NCBI GenBank assembly: GCA_964503355.1
Contig: CAZCZS010000002.1
Location: forward strand, 10,556-54,939
Origin: an uncultured Mesoaciditoga sp.
GTDB lineage: Bacteria; Thermotogota; Thermotogae; Mesoaciditogales; Mesoaciditogaceae
Direction: 5' to 3'
DNA length: 44,384 nucleotides
Part shown: positions 1 to 8,790 of the stretch, in pieces
Layout: every line of letters starts with the position of its first letter
Position numbering within the stretch: position 1 is the first letter of the stretch
Program-made: the position numbers and the translations under genes
Notes under the pieces: generated by a model
What the model was told of the DNA's origin: nothing
Databases searched by the model: none
Seen by the model: only the letters and a program-made list of their open reading frames with translations

Positions 1-2
1 TG

Positions 3-155
3 GCCCGGAATGACGTTAAGGTCAAAGACTCTTATCAATAGGTCGTAGCCCGGAATGACGTTAAGGTCAAAGACTCTCATCAACAAGGTCAAGCCCGCAA
101 TGACATTAAAGTCAAAGACTCTTATCAATAAGTCAGCCCGGAATGACGTAAAGGT
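3..155. repeat. Tandem array of ~45-bp REP-like units (3 full + 1 partial; may continue left of the window)
   Basis: Units start at 3, 48, 93 and 136. Consensus GCCCGGAATGACGTTAAGGTCAAAGACTCTTATCAA is followed by a 7-9 nt slightly variable junction (TAGGTCGTA / CAAGGTCAA / TAAGTCA). Confidence 0.9.
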
Positions 156-198
156 ACTTCGTTCTAAGTTGACAACGATCATCCTGAACCGACCGTAG

Positions 199-224
199 GT
201 CATCCTGAACTTGATTCAGGATCT
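199..224. repeat. REP-like palindrome GTCATCCTGAACTTGATTCAGGATCT
   Basis: 8-bp perfect stem ATCCTGAA (202-209) / TTCAGGAT (215-222) with a 5-nt loop. A half copy TCATCCTGAAC lies at 179-189. Confidence 0.75.
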
Positions 225-285
225 CGTTTTTGATGCAGGATCTACTTTACACAAAACTTGGAGAAGACTCAAAATAACACCAACA

Positions 286-2013
286 TCAAGGATTCATGTC
301 GATCTGAAGAGTTTTTTCGAGTAATGAAATGAGCTTCAAAGCATCATTTCCATCTGTTGGATAAGTCAAAATGGTGTGTTTCACATCGACTTCGTATCTG
401 AATTCATGAATCTGAGAGACTATTTGTTCACATTTTTTTACCCCGTCTTCTTTTTTCATTCCATAAAAGCACACGATGAATTCGTCTTCTCCGTAGCGTG
501 CAGCTATGTCCGTAAGGCGTATATTTTTGTTGATAACCTTTGCCACGTATTTCAAAAGTACGTCTCCGTTAAGTCTACCGTATTTTTCGTTGAAGCTTCT
601 CATTCGATTCACATCTATCATCATGAATGACAGATGCTTGTTCTCACGTTTTGCCAACGCTTCTTCTTTTTTCACGAGTTCTTCGAACTCTTGACGTGTT
701 AACAAACCCGTCAAAGGATCGTATTTCATGAAACTCGTGGTTTTTTCGAGCAATTCATACATGGATAGAAAAGTTGTGAGATGATACAAGAGTGTTCTTA
801 TCATTTCTTTCGTGCGCTCGTTTGTGATAAATCTATCGGTGTTCACAACGTATTTAACTTCACTTGAATCGGTTTTCAGATTCAAACTTATCCTATCTTC
901 TCCATTCATTTCGAAGTTGAAGCTGTTAACAGTCCCAAGGTATATTTCAAGTTTTCCGTATTTCATCCCAATTCCGGTGATCGGTTTTGAAAAATCCAAC
1001 ATTCTTCTGAAGGCCATTCGCAACGCTTCCTCGAGGCTCTTTCTTTCAGCTTTCACTTCGTTGAAAAGCATGGAAAACTCAATGAGAAGTTTGTTAACCT
1101 CTACCAATTCAACATTTGTTTCACTCATATCCTTTATCAAATCAGAATAGTCTCTGTCCAATTTTTCGTGCTTGTCAACCAATTGATTGTACTTAAAGGT
1201 GAGTTCATCTTTCGGCCCTTCATACTTTTCAAATCTGTCCAATCTTTTTATAAAATTCGCGAATTCGACAACGGGTTTGACATTTTTCGTAATTCTGTGG
1301 TAGGAAACGAAGAAGAGAATTAAGAGCGATGTTAAAACACCCAACCAAATGTAAATGAGATTTCTGGATATCAAGAACGGAGCGTATCTTGTTTTCTGAA
1401 TGAGAATTTTATATCCTCCCAATCCCACCGGCTCAACGAAAAAAGTAAAACCATCTTTCATGATAACCCCATTCTCCTCAAGTGCCATCACCGATAAAAA
1501 ATTTCTCCATTTCCAATTTCCAGATAGGCTTACACCTAAACCGGTTTTGTCCACTAAAAACGCATTGCTTACGTTGAGATCCATCGGTTTAATCATCGCA
1601 ACAGCCAAGTGGTTGCCATCGGAAGTTTCAGATGCCAAAAGCATAAGGGGTTTCCCCGTTGAAGATTCCAAAAGTGGAGAAATGTATTTTCCCTTCAAAA
1701 TAACGTATTTGTAAACGTAAGAATCTTTACCCGTGTATTCGCTTGGCATGTTGAAATCGTACACAACCTCTCCGTTCAAGTTCATCAAAGCGTATCCTTC
1801 TATAACAGTTGAGGTGGCAGATGGAAATCCTGTGAGCTTCAAATTCGAAATGAATGAAATGGCATCGTTGAGATACTTTGATACGCTTCCAGACGAAATT
1901 CGGGCTTCGTTCAGCATGAATTTGGAATAATTTTGTGCCTCGTCGTAAATCGAAAAGATCGCACCCATAACCACGATCAAGATGATGAAAAACGCCACTA
2001 TTTTAAATTTCAT
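286..2013 (-). CDS. Membrane-anchored sensor with degenerate C-terminal GGDEF domain
   Basis: Two TM segments flank a Cache-like extracytoplasmic region, followed by a coiled coil, DPLTGL and RYGEDEF (degenerate A-site). The RxxD I-site (RLTD) is present. Confidence 0.85.
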   Translation of the reverse strand: MKFKIVAFFIILIVVMGAIFSIYDEAQNYSKFMLNEARISSGSVSKYLNDAISFISNLKLTGFPSATSTVIEGYALMNLNGEVVYDFNMPSEYTGKDSYVYKYVILKGKYISPLLESSTGKPLMLLASETSDGNHLAVAMIKPMDLNVSNAFLVDKTGLGVSLSGNWKWRNFLSVMALEENGVIMKDGFTFFVEPVGLGGYKILIQKTRYAPFLISRNLIYIWLGVLTSLLILFFVSYHRITKNVKPVVEFANFIKRLDRFEKYEGPKDELTFKYNQLVDKHEKLDRDYSDLIKDMSETNVELVEVNKLLIEFSMLFNEVKAERKSLEEALRMAFRRMLDFSKPITGIGMKYGKLEIYLGTVNSFNFEMNGEDRISLNLKTDSSEVKYVVNTDRFITNERTKEMIRTLLYHLTTFLSMYELLEKTTSFMKYDPLTGLLTRQEFEELVKKEEALAKRENKHLSFMMIDVNRMRSFNEKYGRLNGDVLLKYVAKVINKNIRLTDIAARYGEDEFIVCFYGMKKEDGVKKCEQIVSQIHEFRYEVDVKHTILTYPTDGNDALKLISLLEKTLQIDMNP

Positions 2014-3050
2014 GATCTTTCACCAAATTCCCATGCCAATTTAAATCCCAGAGGTGTTATCTTGTAAAAGTAAACCGGGGTGGTGGCGTGGATACCGTTA
2101 AATGTGAATGTTCCCGACATTCCAAAAAAAGAATGAGAATTCAAATATTTTTGAACTTCTTCGCAGTTCACGTTTTGTTTGGCCAAGATGTACGCCACTT
2201 TCAAAGCGTCGTAGCTCAAAACACCCTGAGGAGTAAGAAACAGATCGTCGCTGGAGATCTTTTTATTTACAGAAGAATTAATGTAAATTGGATCCACAAA
2301 TCCGACGGTGATCATGCCGTTTACCACGTCCGCCTGATTGATCAAAGAACTTTTGAACGTCCAATCGCTTCCTATGAAGGCGCTCTTTGGGAATCTTTCT
2401 TTCAAATTTTTTACGACTTTTACGGCGTGAACTGAAGACATCACCAAAACGAATGCCTGAGGTGGTTTGGTAATATCATCTATTTCGTTCAAATACACGC
2501 TTTTCCATTTCACATCTTTCGAATCCTCCATCATGTTATCCACCAAATTATCAACGTAAGCCGCATCGGAGGTATCCTTCACCACGACGACATTCTTGTA
2601 ATTCATATTCTGTAAGTATGAGACTATCGCGCTGGCTTGAATGTCATCCGTTGGGGCCAGTGTAAAAGCGTATTTCGCCTTTCTAAGTAATTCGGGGTTA
2701 GTTACCATAACCTCTATCAAAACGGAGTGAGTTTTTTCAAGAATATCGTCTATTTTCGGAAGATCGGATGAATATCCATTTGAAACGAAATATCTTATTC
2801 CCATCCTAGACGCTCTTTTTATAGCGCTTTCCAATGTGTTGGACGTGTAATCCACGTCCACAAAGTCAACATCTTTGGGCAAATCCCTCATCGCCGCCAA
2901 AAAACCAACACGTGCGTTGAAATTAGCAGAAACATCGTCTACGGGTAAGAGTATGCCCACCCGTTTTTTCACTTTATACGGGTTGAAAAAGAGAAATAAA
3001 AAAACGAAAATCGCCACGATTGAAACAGCTATTTCAATCTTTTTCTTCAT
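2010..3050 (-). CDS. Type 1 periplasmic/solute-binding protein (LivK-like fold)
   Basis: N-terminal hydrophobic anchor; motifs RVGILLP, FTLAPTDDIQA, SYDALK and FFGMSGTFTF are typical of the family. 4-bp overlaps with both neighbours. Confidence 0.75.
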   Translation of the reverse strand: MKKKIEIAVSIVAIFVFLFLFFNPYKVKKRVGILLPVDDVSANFNARVGFLAAMRDLPKDVDFVDVDYTSNTLESAIKRASRMGIRYFVSNGYSSDLPKIDDILEKTHSVLIEVMVTNPELLRKAKYAFTLAPTDDIQASAIVSYLQNMNYKNVVVVKDTSDAAYVDNLVDNMMEDSKDVKWKSVYLNEIDDITKPPQAFVLVMSSVHAVKVVKNLKERFPKSAFIGSDWTFKSSLINQADVVNGMITVGFVDPIYINSSVNKKISSDDLFLTPQGVLSYDALKVAYILAKQNVNCEEVQKYLNSHSFFGMSGTFTFNGIHATTPVYFYKITPLGFKLAWEFGERS

Positions 3051-3799
3051 AACACCCTCTTTGAAATTTCTATCGCAATGTAAGAAGCCACCTCGGATGG
3101 TAACGTGCCACTACCGAAACCAGCATCGTATCCGAGTTCCACGGCCAATTCATGGCTTATTCGTGGTCCACCGGCTATCAACAAGACGGATTTTCTCAAC
3201 CCTTCCGCTTCCAATATATCGGCCAATTCCACCAAATTCTTTATGTGAATGTTTCGCTGAGTTACAACTTGAGAAACGAGCACAACATCCGCTTTCGTTT
3301 CACGAATCTTTTTCACCAATTCCGATGGCGAGATTTGACTTCCCATGTTATAAACTTTGAACATCTTGTACCTTTCCAATCCCGAATCTCCATGGTATCC
3401 TTTCATGTTGAGTATGGAATCCAATCCAACGGTGTGCGCGTCAGTTCCTATGGTGGCTCCGATAACCACTATCGGACGTTTGACGTGCTCTTGAATGTAT
3501 CTATCTACCTCTTCCATACTCATTTTTGGACTTTCAACGCCTACAACTTTTATCTCGTTGTAATCTATAGAAGAGATGAGATGGCCGTAAACGACGAAAA
3601 ATGTGAAATTCTCTTTTAAATCTTGTGAAAACACTATTTGAACATCCGTTAGACCCATTTTTTTCGCTATTCTACTGGCCGCTTCTCTCGCTTTTGGACC
3701 GTCGGGGACTGGAAGTGTGAAAGAAAGTTGAACGGCCCCATCGTTCATCTGATCCCCGTAAGGTTTGAGATGGGATAAATCAACTTTTTTGATGTTCAT
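3047..3799 (-). CDS. kamE: Lysine 5,6-aminomutase beta subunit (AdoCbl-binding)
   Basis: KPYGD..NDG.VQLSFTLP N-terminus, DAHTVG cobalamin motif, NMKG PLP-lysine motif, GYDAGFG. Confidence 0.93.
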   Translation of the reverse strand: MNIKKVDLSHLKPYGDQMNDGAVQLSFTLPVPDGPKAREAASRIAKKMGLTDVQIVFSQDLKENFTFFVVYGHLISSIDYNEIKVVGVESPKMSMEEVDRYIQEHVKRPIVVIGATIGTDAHTVGLDSILNMKGYHGDSGLERYKMFKVYNMGSQISPSELVKKIRETKADVVLVSQVVTQRNIHIKNLVELADILEAEGLRKSVLLIAGGPRISHELAVELGYDAGFGSGTLPSEVASYIAIEISKRVL

Positions 3800-5367
3800 A
3801 TTTCTTCCTCCTCCAACTCTTCTTCCATCATTTCAAATATCGGATTGTAATAATCTTCACCTTTTGGGAAAACTCCATCGGCTCCCTTTCCTTCATCCCG
3901 TTTTCTTGATATATCACCAAATGTTCCCTCTTCGATCGCGGATATGAGCCCCACCTCTTTGACGTGCTCCAGCAATTCAACGGCGTTCTTAAGCACTTCG
4001 TTGGCCCTTCTTTGTATGAATCCATTCTCCTTGAAGACGATTTCGTCTCCAATATCTTTCGCGTTGTTAAAGACGTATTTCGCGTTTTCAATGGCCAAAT
4101 ATCTGTCTTGTAAGAATGGAGTGTGAATGGCTTCCGTGAGCATGCCAAGTAATTGAATGGATTGTCCTGTCATTATGGATACAAGGTTGTAAAGTGTGTT
4201 CATACCGTATCCTTTGAATATGTTACCCGTCATGTGTCGCGTTGGAGGCATGTACTTTGGAGTCGCATGTGGGAAAAGTTCTCTTGTTAACAAAGCGTGA
4301 GCTACCTCGTAAAGAAATCCATTTTCAACATCCGGATCTATTTCGAAAGCGTGTCCTATCCCCATGTACTTCGGTTTCATATGGCTTTTAAGGGCAAATT
4401 GTTCGTTTATGAGCTGAGAAGTCGTAACCGTGTGGGCTCTTTCTATCGGATCGGACGTTTTTATGTAGTTGTCCTCTCCTGTGTTTATGGTGATATGTGA
4501 GTAGGCGCATATCAGTCGGGAAGTGTATTGATCTACGAACGTTCTCAACATGTTTATGTTTCTAAAGAGAATGCCGTACATAGAATCGTTCAAGAGGAAG
4601 TCCAGTCCCTCTATCGCCGCCATCGCACTTATTTCTGGCATACAAAGTCCAGATGCGTAATTCGTCAAGCGTATGTACCTTCCAACTTCATTTGCAGCTT
4701 CGTCCAACGCTTTCCTCATTATGCGAAAATTCTCTTGTGTTGCGTAAGTTCCTCCATAGCCTTCCGTCGTTGGACCGTAGGGAACGAAGTCGAGCAAAGA
4801 TTGGGCGGTGGAACGAATGACGGCTATTATGTCCGCTCCCTCTTTAACGGCGGCTTTGGCTTGAATAACATCTTCGTATATGTTTCCCGTTGCAACTATA
4901 ACGTACAAATAAGGTTGATCGGGGTCTCCCAACTCCTGAAGCATCCTATCTCTTTCGTCTCTAACATTTTTCAAACGCTGCAGAGCTTCTTGAGTGAGCT
5001 CATCGATCTTTTCCGCGACCACCGATTCCTTTTGTGGTGGAAAATCCAACAGAGAAAATTCACCACGACCGACGGCTTCGGCAACCTCTTGAGGTGTCAT
5101 ATTCTTGGCAACGCATGCGTTCACCAACCAATAAGTTATTCCCCTGTCCAGGGCCCCTTTTTTTTGAACGTCTTCAACAACGACATTCGGCAGAGGAACA
5201 CCCTGTGAATTAACACCGTCAATACCGTAAAATCTTGCCACCGTTCTCTCAACCGACGTGGTACTTCTAACGTTTATAAACTTTTGAATTTCATCGGTGA
5301 TTTCCTTTGCAAGGCCTCTGGCCTTTTTCACCATCTCTTCGTCTAAGTTAAGAACAGGCCTTCCCAT
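3796..5367 (-). CDS. kamD: Lysine 5,6-aminomutase alpha subunit
   Basis: Motifs YVIVATGNIYED, IRSTAQSLLD, GTYATQENF, NYASGLCMPE and KYMPPT; adjacent to kamE. Confidence 0.93.
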   Translation of the reverse strand: MGRPVLNLDEEMVKKARGLAKEITDEIQKFINVRSTTSVERTVARFYGIDGVNSQGVPLPNVVVEDVQKKGALDRGITYWLVNACVAKNMTPQEVAEAVGRGEFSLLDFPPQKESVVAEKIDELTQEALQRLKNVRDERDRMLQELGDPDQPYLYVIVATGNIYEDVIQAKAAVKEGADIIAVIRSTAQSLLDFVPYGPTTEGYGGTYATQENFRIMRKALDEAANEVGRYIRLTNYASGLCMPEISAMAAIEGLDFLLNDSMYGILFRNINMLRTFVDQYTSRLICAYSHITINTGEDNYIKTSDPIERAHTVTTSQLINEQFALKSHMKPKYMGIGHAFEIDPDVENGFLYEVAHALLTRELFPHATPKYMPPTRHMTGNIFKGYGMNTLYNLVSIMTGQSIQLLGMLTEAIHTPFLQDRYLAIENAKYVFNNAKDIGDEIVFKENGFIQRRANEVLKNAVELLEHVKEVGLISAIEEGTFGDISRKRDEGKGADGVFPKGEDYYNPIFEMMEEELEEEEI

Positions 5368-5391
5368 TTTTCTTCCTCCTCTTCGAATTAC

Positions 5392-6657
5392 TCAATGCCA
5401 TTGAAAATTAGAATCACATTTCTCTTTTCGCAAGATCTTTTTTATTTCAGAAAGTGGTACTTTAATTTGAGAGCCACTTTCCATATTCTTAAAGGTGTAG
5501 AGCTCACTCTCCACCTCTTCTTCGCCTACAACCAAAACGTGGAGCGCGCCGCACTTCGAAGCGTTTTTGAATTGGGCTTTCATCTTTCTTCCCATCACAT
5601 CCACTTCAACCATGAACTCCTTTGAAAGCTCCAAAGCGATTTTCAAAGCGTGTGCGCGCTGAGCTTCATCAACGGCGACGATGTACACTTGAGGCGGCAT
5701 TTTGGCAGGCATTTTACCTTCTTTTTCCAAAGCGATGAGTACTCTTTCCATTCCCATGGCAAATCCCACCGATGGCGTTGGCCTTCCGCCTAATTCTTCG
5801 ATCAAGTGATCGTACCTTCCACCACCGGCTATCGCGTCTTGAGCACCAAGACCTGTGTGCGTGATTTCGAAAACCGTTCTCGTGTAGTAATCCAATCCTC
5901 TCACTATGGTTGGATCCACTTCGTAATCTATTCCCAAAGTGTTCAAAAGTTCTTTCACCTTGTCAAAATGTGCCTTGCAATCGTCGCAAAGATAATCCAA
6001 TATTATTGGCGCTTCTTTTGCGTACTGAGCGTCTTTTTTGCAATCCAACAAGCGCAGTACATTTCTGTTGTACCTTACTTGACAATCATCGCAAAGCTTT
6101 CCAAGCAACGGTTTGTAATACTCTCTTAAAGCTTCTTTGTACTTTGGACGACACTTTTCGCATCCAGTCGAATTTATCTTGAGCTTGAAATCTTTTAATC
6201 CTAACGATTTGAGTTCTTCGACGGCCAACGCGATGATCATGACATCCGCTTCTGGTCTTGGAGAGCCTATCAGTTCGGCGCCGTATTGATGAAACTGTCT
6301 TTGTCTACCCGCCTGGGGTTTTTCGTATCTGAACATCGGTCCCATGTAAAACAACTTTTGAGGAAGTCCCTTCGAATCCAAGGAATGCTCAACAAAGGCC
6401 CTCATCACGGAAGCCGTTCCTTCGGGTCTTAACGTCAGCGATCTTCCACCTTTATCTGTGAATGTGTACATTTCTTTTTGAACTATATCGGTATCCGTTC
6501 CCACTCCTCTTTTGAAGAGCTCGGTGGCTTCGAAGATGGGAGTTCTTATCTCGGAAAAACCGAATCTTTTTGAAACTTCTTTGAGTTTTTCTTCAACCCA
6601 TTGCCAAACGTATGAATCTTCGATTATATCGTTCGTTCCCTTTATCCTGTTTATCAC
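5392..6657 (-). CDS. hisS: Histidine--tRNA ligase
   Basis: LRPEGTA, FRYEKPQAGRQRQFHQ, VRGLDYY, GGGRYD, GFAMGMER. Confidence 0.98.
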   Translation of the reverse strand: MINRIKGTNDIIEDSYVWQWVEEKLKEVSKRFGFSEIRTPIFEATELFKRGVGTDTDIVQKEMYTFTDKGGRSLTLRPEGTASVMRAFVEHSLDSKGLPQKLFYMGPMFRYEKPQAGRQRQFHQYGAELIGSPRPEADVMIIALAVEELKSLGLKDFKLKINSTGCEKCRPKYKEALREYYKPLLGKLCDDCQVRYNRNVLRLLDCKKDAQYAKEAPIILDYLCDDCKAHFDKVKELLNTLGIDYEVDPTIVRGLDYYTRTVFEITHTGLGAQDAIAGGGRYDHLIEELGGRPTPSVGFAMGMERVLIALEKEGKMPAKMPPQVYIVAVDEAQRAHALKIALELSKEFMVEVDVMGRKMKAQFKNASKCGALHVLVVGEEEVESELYTFKNMESGSQIKVPLSEIKKILRKEKCDSNFQWH

Positions 6658-6665
6658 ACTTTCAC

Positions 6666-7262
6666 CTACTTTTCATTCGTTGTAAGTTCATCGTACATCT
6701 TTTTCAACTTTTTCACGTCTTCCCACGTAAGATATTTAGGAGAACCGGGGGCTTTGGAAGCGTTTCTTAGAAGATAACTTGGATGAAACATCGGAAAGAT
6801 CTTTATTCCACCTTTCCAATCGAAAAGCTTTCCCCTGGCCTCCGTGATGGATTTCACCTCGTTGCCCAAAAAATATTTCATCGCCGTCGCTCCAAGTGGT
6901 ACTATTATCTTTGGATTTATAACTTCTATTTGAGCCATAAGATACGGCGAACACGCTTCAATCTCATCCGGTAGGGGAACTCTGTTCTTCGGAGGCCGAC
7001 ATTTCACAACGTTTGCTATGTAGACATCCTTTCTATTCAGCTTGACCGATTCCAAGATTTTATCGAAGAGTTTGCCGGCTCTTCCAACGAAAGGACGGCC
7101 AGTTTTATCTTCATCTTCACCTGGGCCTTCACCCACGAAGAGGATTGGAGAATTCACATCACCTTCACCAGGTACGACGTTTGTGCGTGTTTCAGCCAAT
7201 CTACAGGCATGACATTTTTTTATCCTGCTCGTTATCTTTTCCATTATCTCTTCTTTTTTCAA
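6666..7262 (-). CDS. Uracil-DNA glycosylase family 4 (4Fe-4S)
   Basis: CxxC, GEGPG, PFVG, NVVKCRPPKNR and FHPSY motifs. TTG start at 7262 follows GGAGGT; the ORF track start at 7277 lies within the RBS. Confidence 0.95.
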   Translation of the reverse strand: MKKEEIMEKITSRIKKCHACRLAETRTNVVPGEGDVNSPILFVGEGPGEDEDKTGRPFVGRAGKLFDKILESVKLNRKDVYIANVVKCRPPKNRVPLPDEIEACSPYLMAQIEVINPKIIVPLGATAMKYFLGNEVKSITEARGKLFDWKGGIKIFPMFHPSYLLRNASKAPGSPKYLTWEDVKKLKKMYDELTTNEK

Positions 7263-7285
7263 AAGATACACCTCCACAATTCATT

Positions 7286-7294
7286 ATTTTAACA
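7286..7294 (-). promoter_or_regulatory. Extended -10 promoter (TGnTAAAAT) for the udg-hisS run
   Basis: Minus-strand TGTTAAAAT about 10 nt upstream of the GGAGG RBS. Confidence 0.5.
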
Positions 7295-7311
7295 CGATTT
7301 TTGAAAGAAAC

Positions 7312-7340
7312 TTGACTTTTGAAAAAATAAATCATATAAT
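7312..7340 (+). promoter_or_regulatory. Sigma70-type promoter of arsR-CDF with overlapping candidate operator
   Basis: TTGACT (7312-7317), 17 nt, TATAAT (7335-7340). Imperfect palindrome CATATAATCATGATATATG (7333-7351) overlaps the -10 and the start codon. Confidence 0.75.
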
Positions 7341-7348
7341 CATGATAT

Positions 7349-7633
7349 ATGGATATATTAAATGATATGGCCAATCTGGCAAGGCTTTTCGGAAACGAAT
7401 TGAGAATGAGAATATTGAACTACCTCCTTGAAAAAGGAGAAGCCTGTGTTGGAGATATGGTTTCTGATTTGGGACTTAAGCAATCAACCGTTTCTAATCA
7501 ATTGAAGATATTGAAGATGGGGAAAATGGTTAAATCTCGAAAAGATGGAAAGAAAATGTTTTATTCCCTCGCCGATGCGCATATTTCGATCATCTTGGAA
7601 ACTTTGAAGAATCACGTGAAGGAGGATATGTGA
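7349..7633 (+). CDS. ArsR/SmtB family metalloregulator (CzrA/SmtB-like, alpha5 site)
   Basis: wHTH EACVGDM...QSTVSNQLKIL; alpha5 motif D-x-H-x10-H-x2-E (DAH...HVKE). Confidence 0.92.
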   Translation: MDILNDMANLARLFGNELRMRILNYLLEKGEACVGDMVSDLGLKQSTVSNQLKILKMGKMVKSRKDGKKMFYSLADAHISIILETLKNHVKEDM

Positions 7634-8547
7634 TGAATGAAATTCATCATTCAAAAGATGTTCATGATAGAACTGATTCCACTTCGAAAGCTCTATGGAT
7701 AAACGTTGTATTGAATTTTTTGATAGTTGCGTTCGAGCTCACATTTGGTATATTCGCTTCGAGCTACGCTTTGATAACCGATTCGCTTCATAATTTGGAA
7801 GATGCCGGCGGAATGGTGTTAAGTCTTTTCGCCCATAATGCTTCAAAAAAGGGAAAAAACGAACGAAAGACCTATGGATACAAACGCGCAAAGATAATAG
7901 CCGCCCTTGTGAATTCGTTGATACTCATCATGAGTTTCACGTTCATAGGCTACAAGGCGGCCGTGAGATTGTTCAATCCACAGACACTCAACGCTGACAC
8001 GATCATATGGGTGGCTTCCATAGCGCTGATCGCCAACGTTGTGGGCACTTTACTTCTTTTCGCTCATTCCCACGGCGATCTCAACGTCAAAGCGGCTTTT
8101 GTTCACATGTTGGGTGACTCGTTGGACTCGGCAGCCGTTATAGCAGTTGGAATATTGATGACGTTATACAATTGGTACTTTCTCGATCCGTTGATAACGT
8201 TCGTCATAATAGCGTACGTATCATTTGAGTCTTTTAAGATAATTAAAAGATCCATAAACATTCTCATGGAAAGTACGCCAAATGATCTGGATTTCTCAAA
8301 GATGAAAAAAGATATCGAAAGCATCGATGGAGTGGCATCTTTTCATCACGTACACGTGTGGAGTTTGGATGGCGAAGACAAACTCATGGAATGCCATATC
8401 CGTGTTTATCCAATGAATACGAACAAAGCCGATGATGTGAGAAGAACGGTGACCGACTTGCTCTCTTCAAAATACGGCATATCCCATTTGAACGTTCAAA
8501 TAGAAGAAATGCCTTGTGCCAACGAATCACTTGTGGTGAATTCGTGA
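7630..8547 (+). CDS. czcD: Cation diffusion facilitator (Zn/Co/Cd efflux, CzcD-like)
   Basis: DSLHNLED, TYGYKRA, AAFVHMLGD and HHVHVWSL motifs; about 6 TMs. Confidence 0.9.
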   Translation: MMNEIHHSKDVHDRTDSTSKALWINVVLNFLIVAFELTFGIFASSYALITDSLHNLEDAGGMVLSLFAHNASKKGKNERKTYGYKRAKIIAALVNSLILIMSFTFIGYKAAVRLFNPQTLNADTIIWVASIALIANVVGTLLLFAHSHGDLNVKAAFVHMLGDSLDSAAVIAVGILMTLYNWYFLDPLITFVIIAYVSFESFKIIKRSINILMESTPNDLDFSKMKKDIESIDGVASFHHVHVWSLDGEDKLMECHIRVYPMNTNKADDVRRTVTDLLSSKYGISHLNVQIEEMPCANESLVVNS

Positions 8548-8586
8548 CATCACCGATGATGGTTCGATCTTTTGAACGAAGAACGA

Positions 8587-8628
8587 AGTCTTCGATCTTA
8601 AGATCTTAACGTCATTGTGAATTACGAC
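8587..8628 (-). repeat. Degenerate inverted copy of the 45-bp unit seen at 3-155
   Basis: AGTCTTCGATCTTAA-GATCTTAACGTCATTGTGAATTACGAC aligns with the reverse complement of the array, AGTCTTTGACCTTAACGTCATTCCGGGCTACGAC, with an exact CTTAACGTCATT core and an 8-bp internal duplication. Confidence 0.55.
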
Positions 8629-8790
8629 TCAATTCAGCATGTAGCTGAGAGTTCGTGGTAAGTATTTATTCGTTTTTGTACTTGTTACACGCTGCAATCT
8701 TTGCTACTTATCACTTAGTTCACTCAAGTTGTACGTGAAGATTACAAGACGATCCGAAGTTCGTAAAGAAAGAGATTTTTCACATCTCCC

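Noticed and set aside
3-155. CRISPR array
   Set aside because: The inter-repeat segments are only 7-9 nt and resemble each other, and there are no cas genes in the window.
4528-5208. 226-aa antisense ORF and the many other short overlapping ORFs in the track (e.g. 34721-35314, 32876-33388, 17545-18024)
   Set aside because: They are shadows of well-supported genes, with no recognisable motifs or RBS.
3047-5367. D-ornithine 4,5-aminomutase (oraSE)
   Set aside because: Subunit sizes (523 + 250 aa) and motifs fit KamD/KamE, not the large OraE plus small OraS.
5368-5391. Cobalamin or lysine riboswitch before kamD
   Set aside because: The gap is only 24 bp and contains just the RBS.
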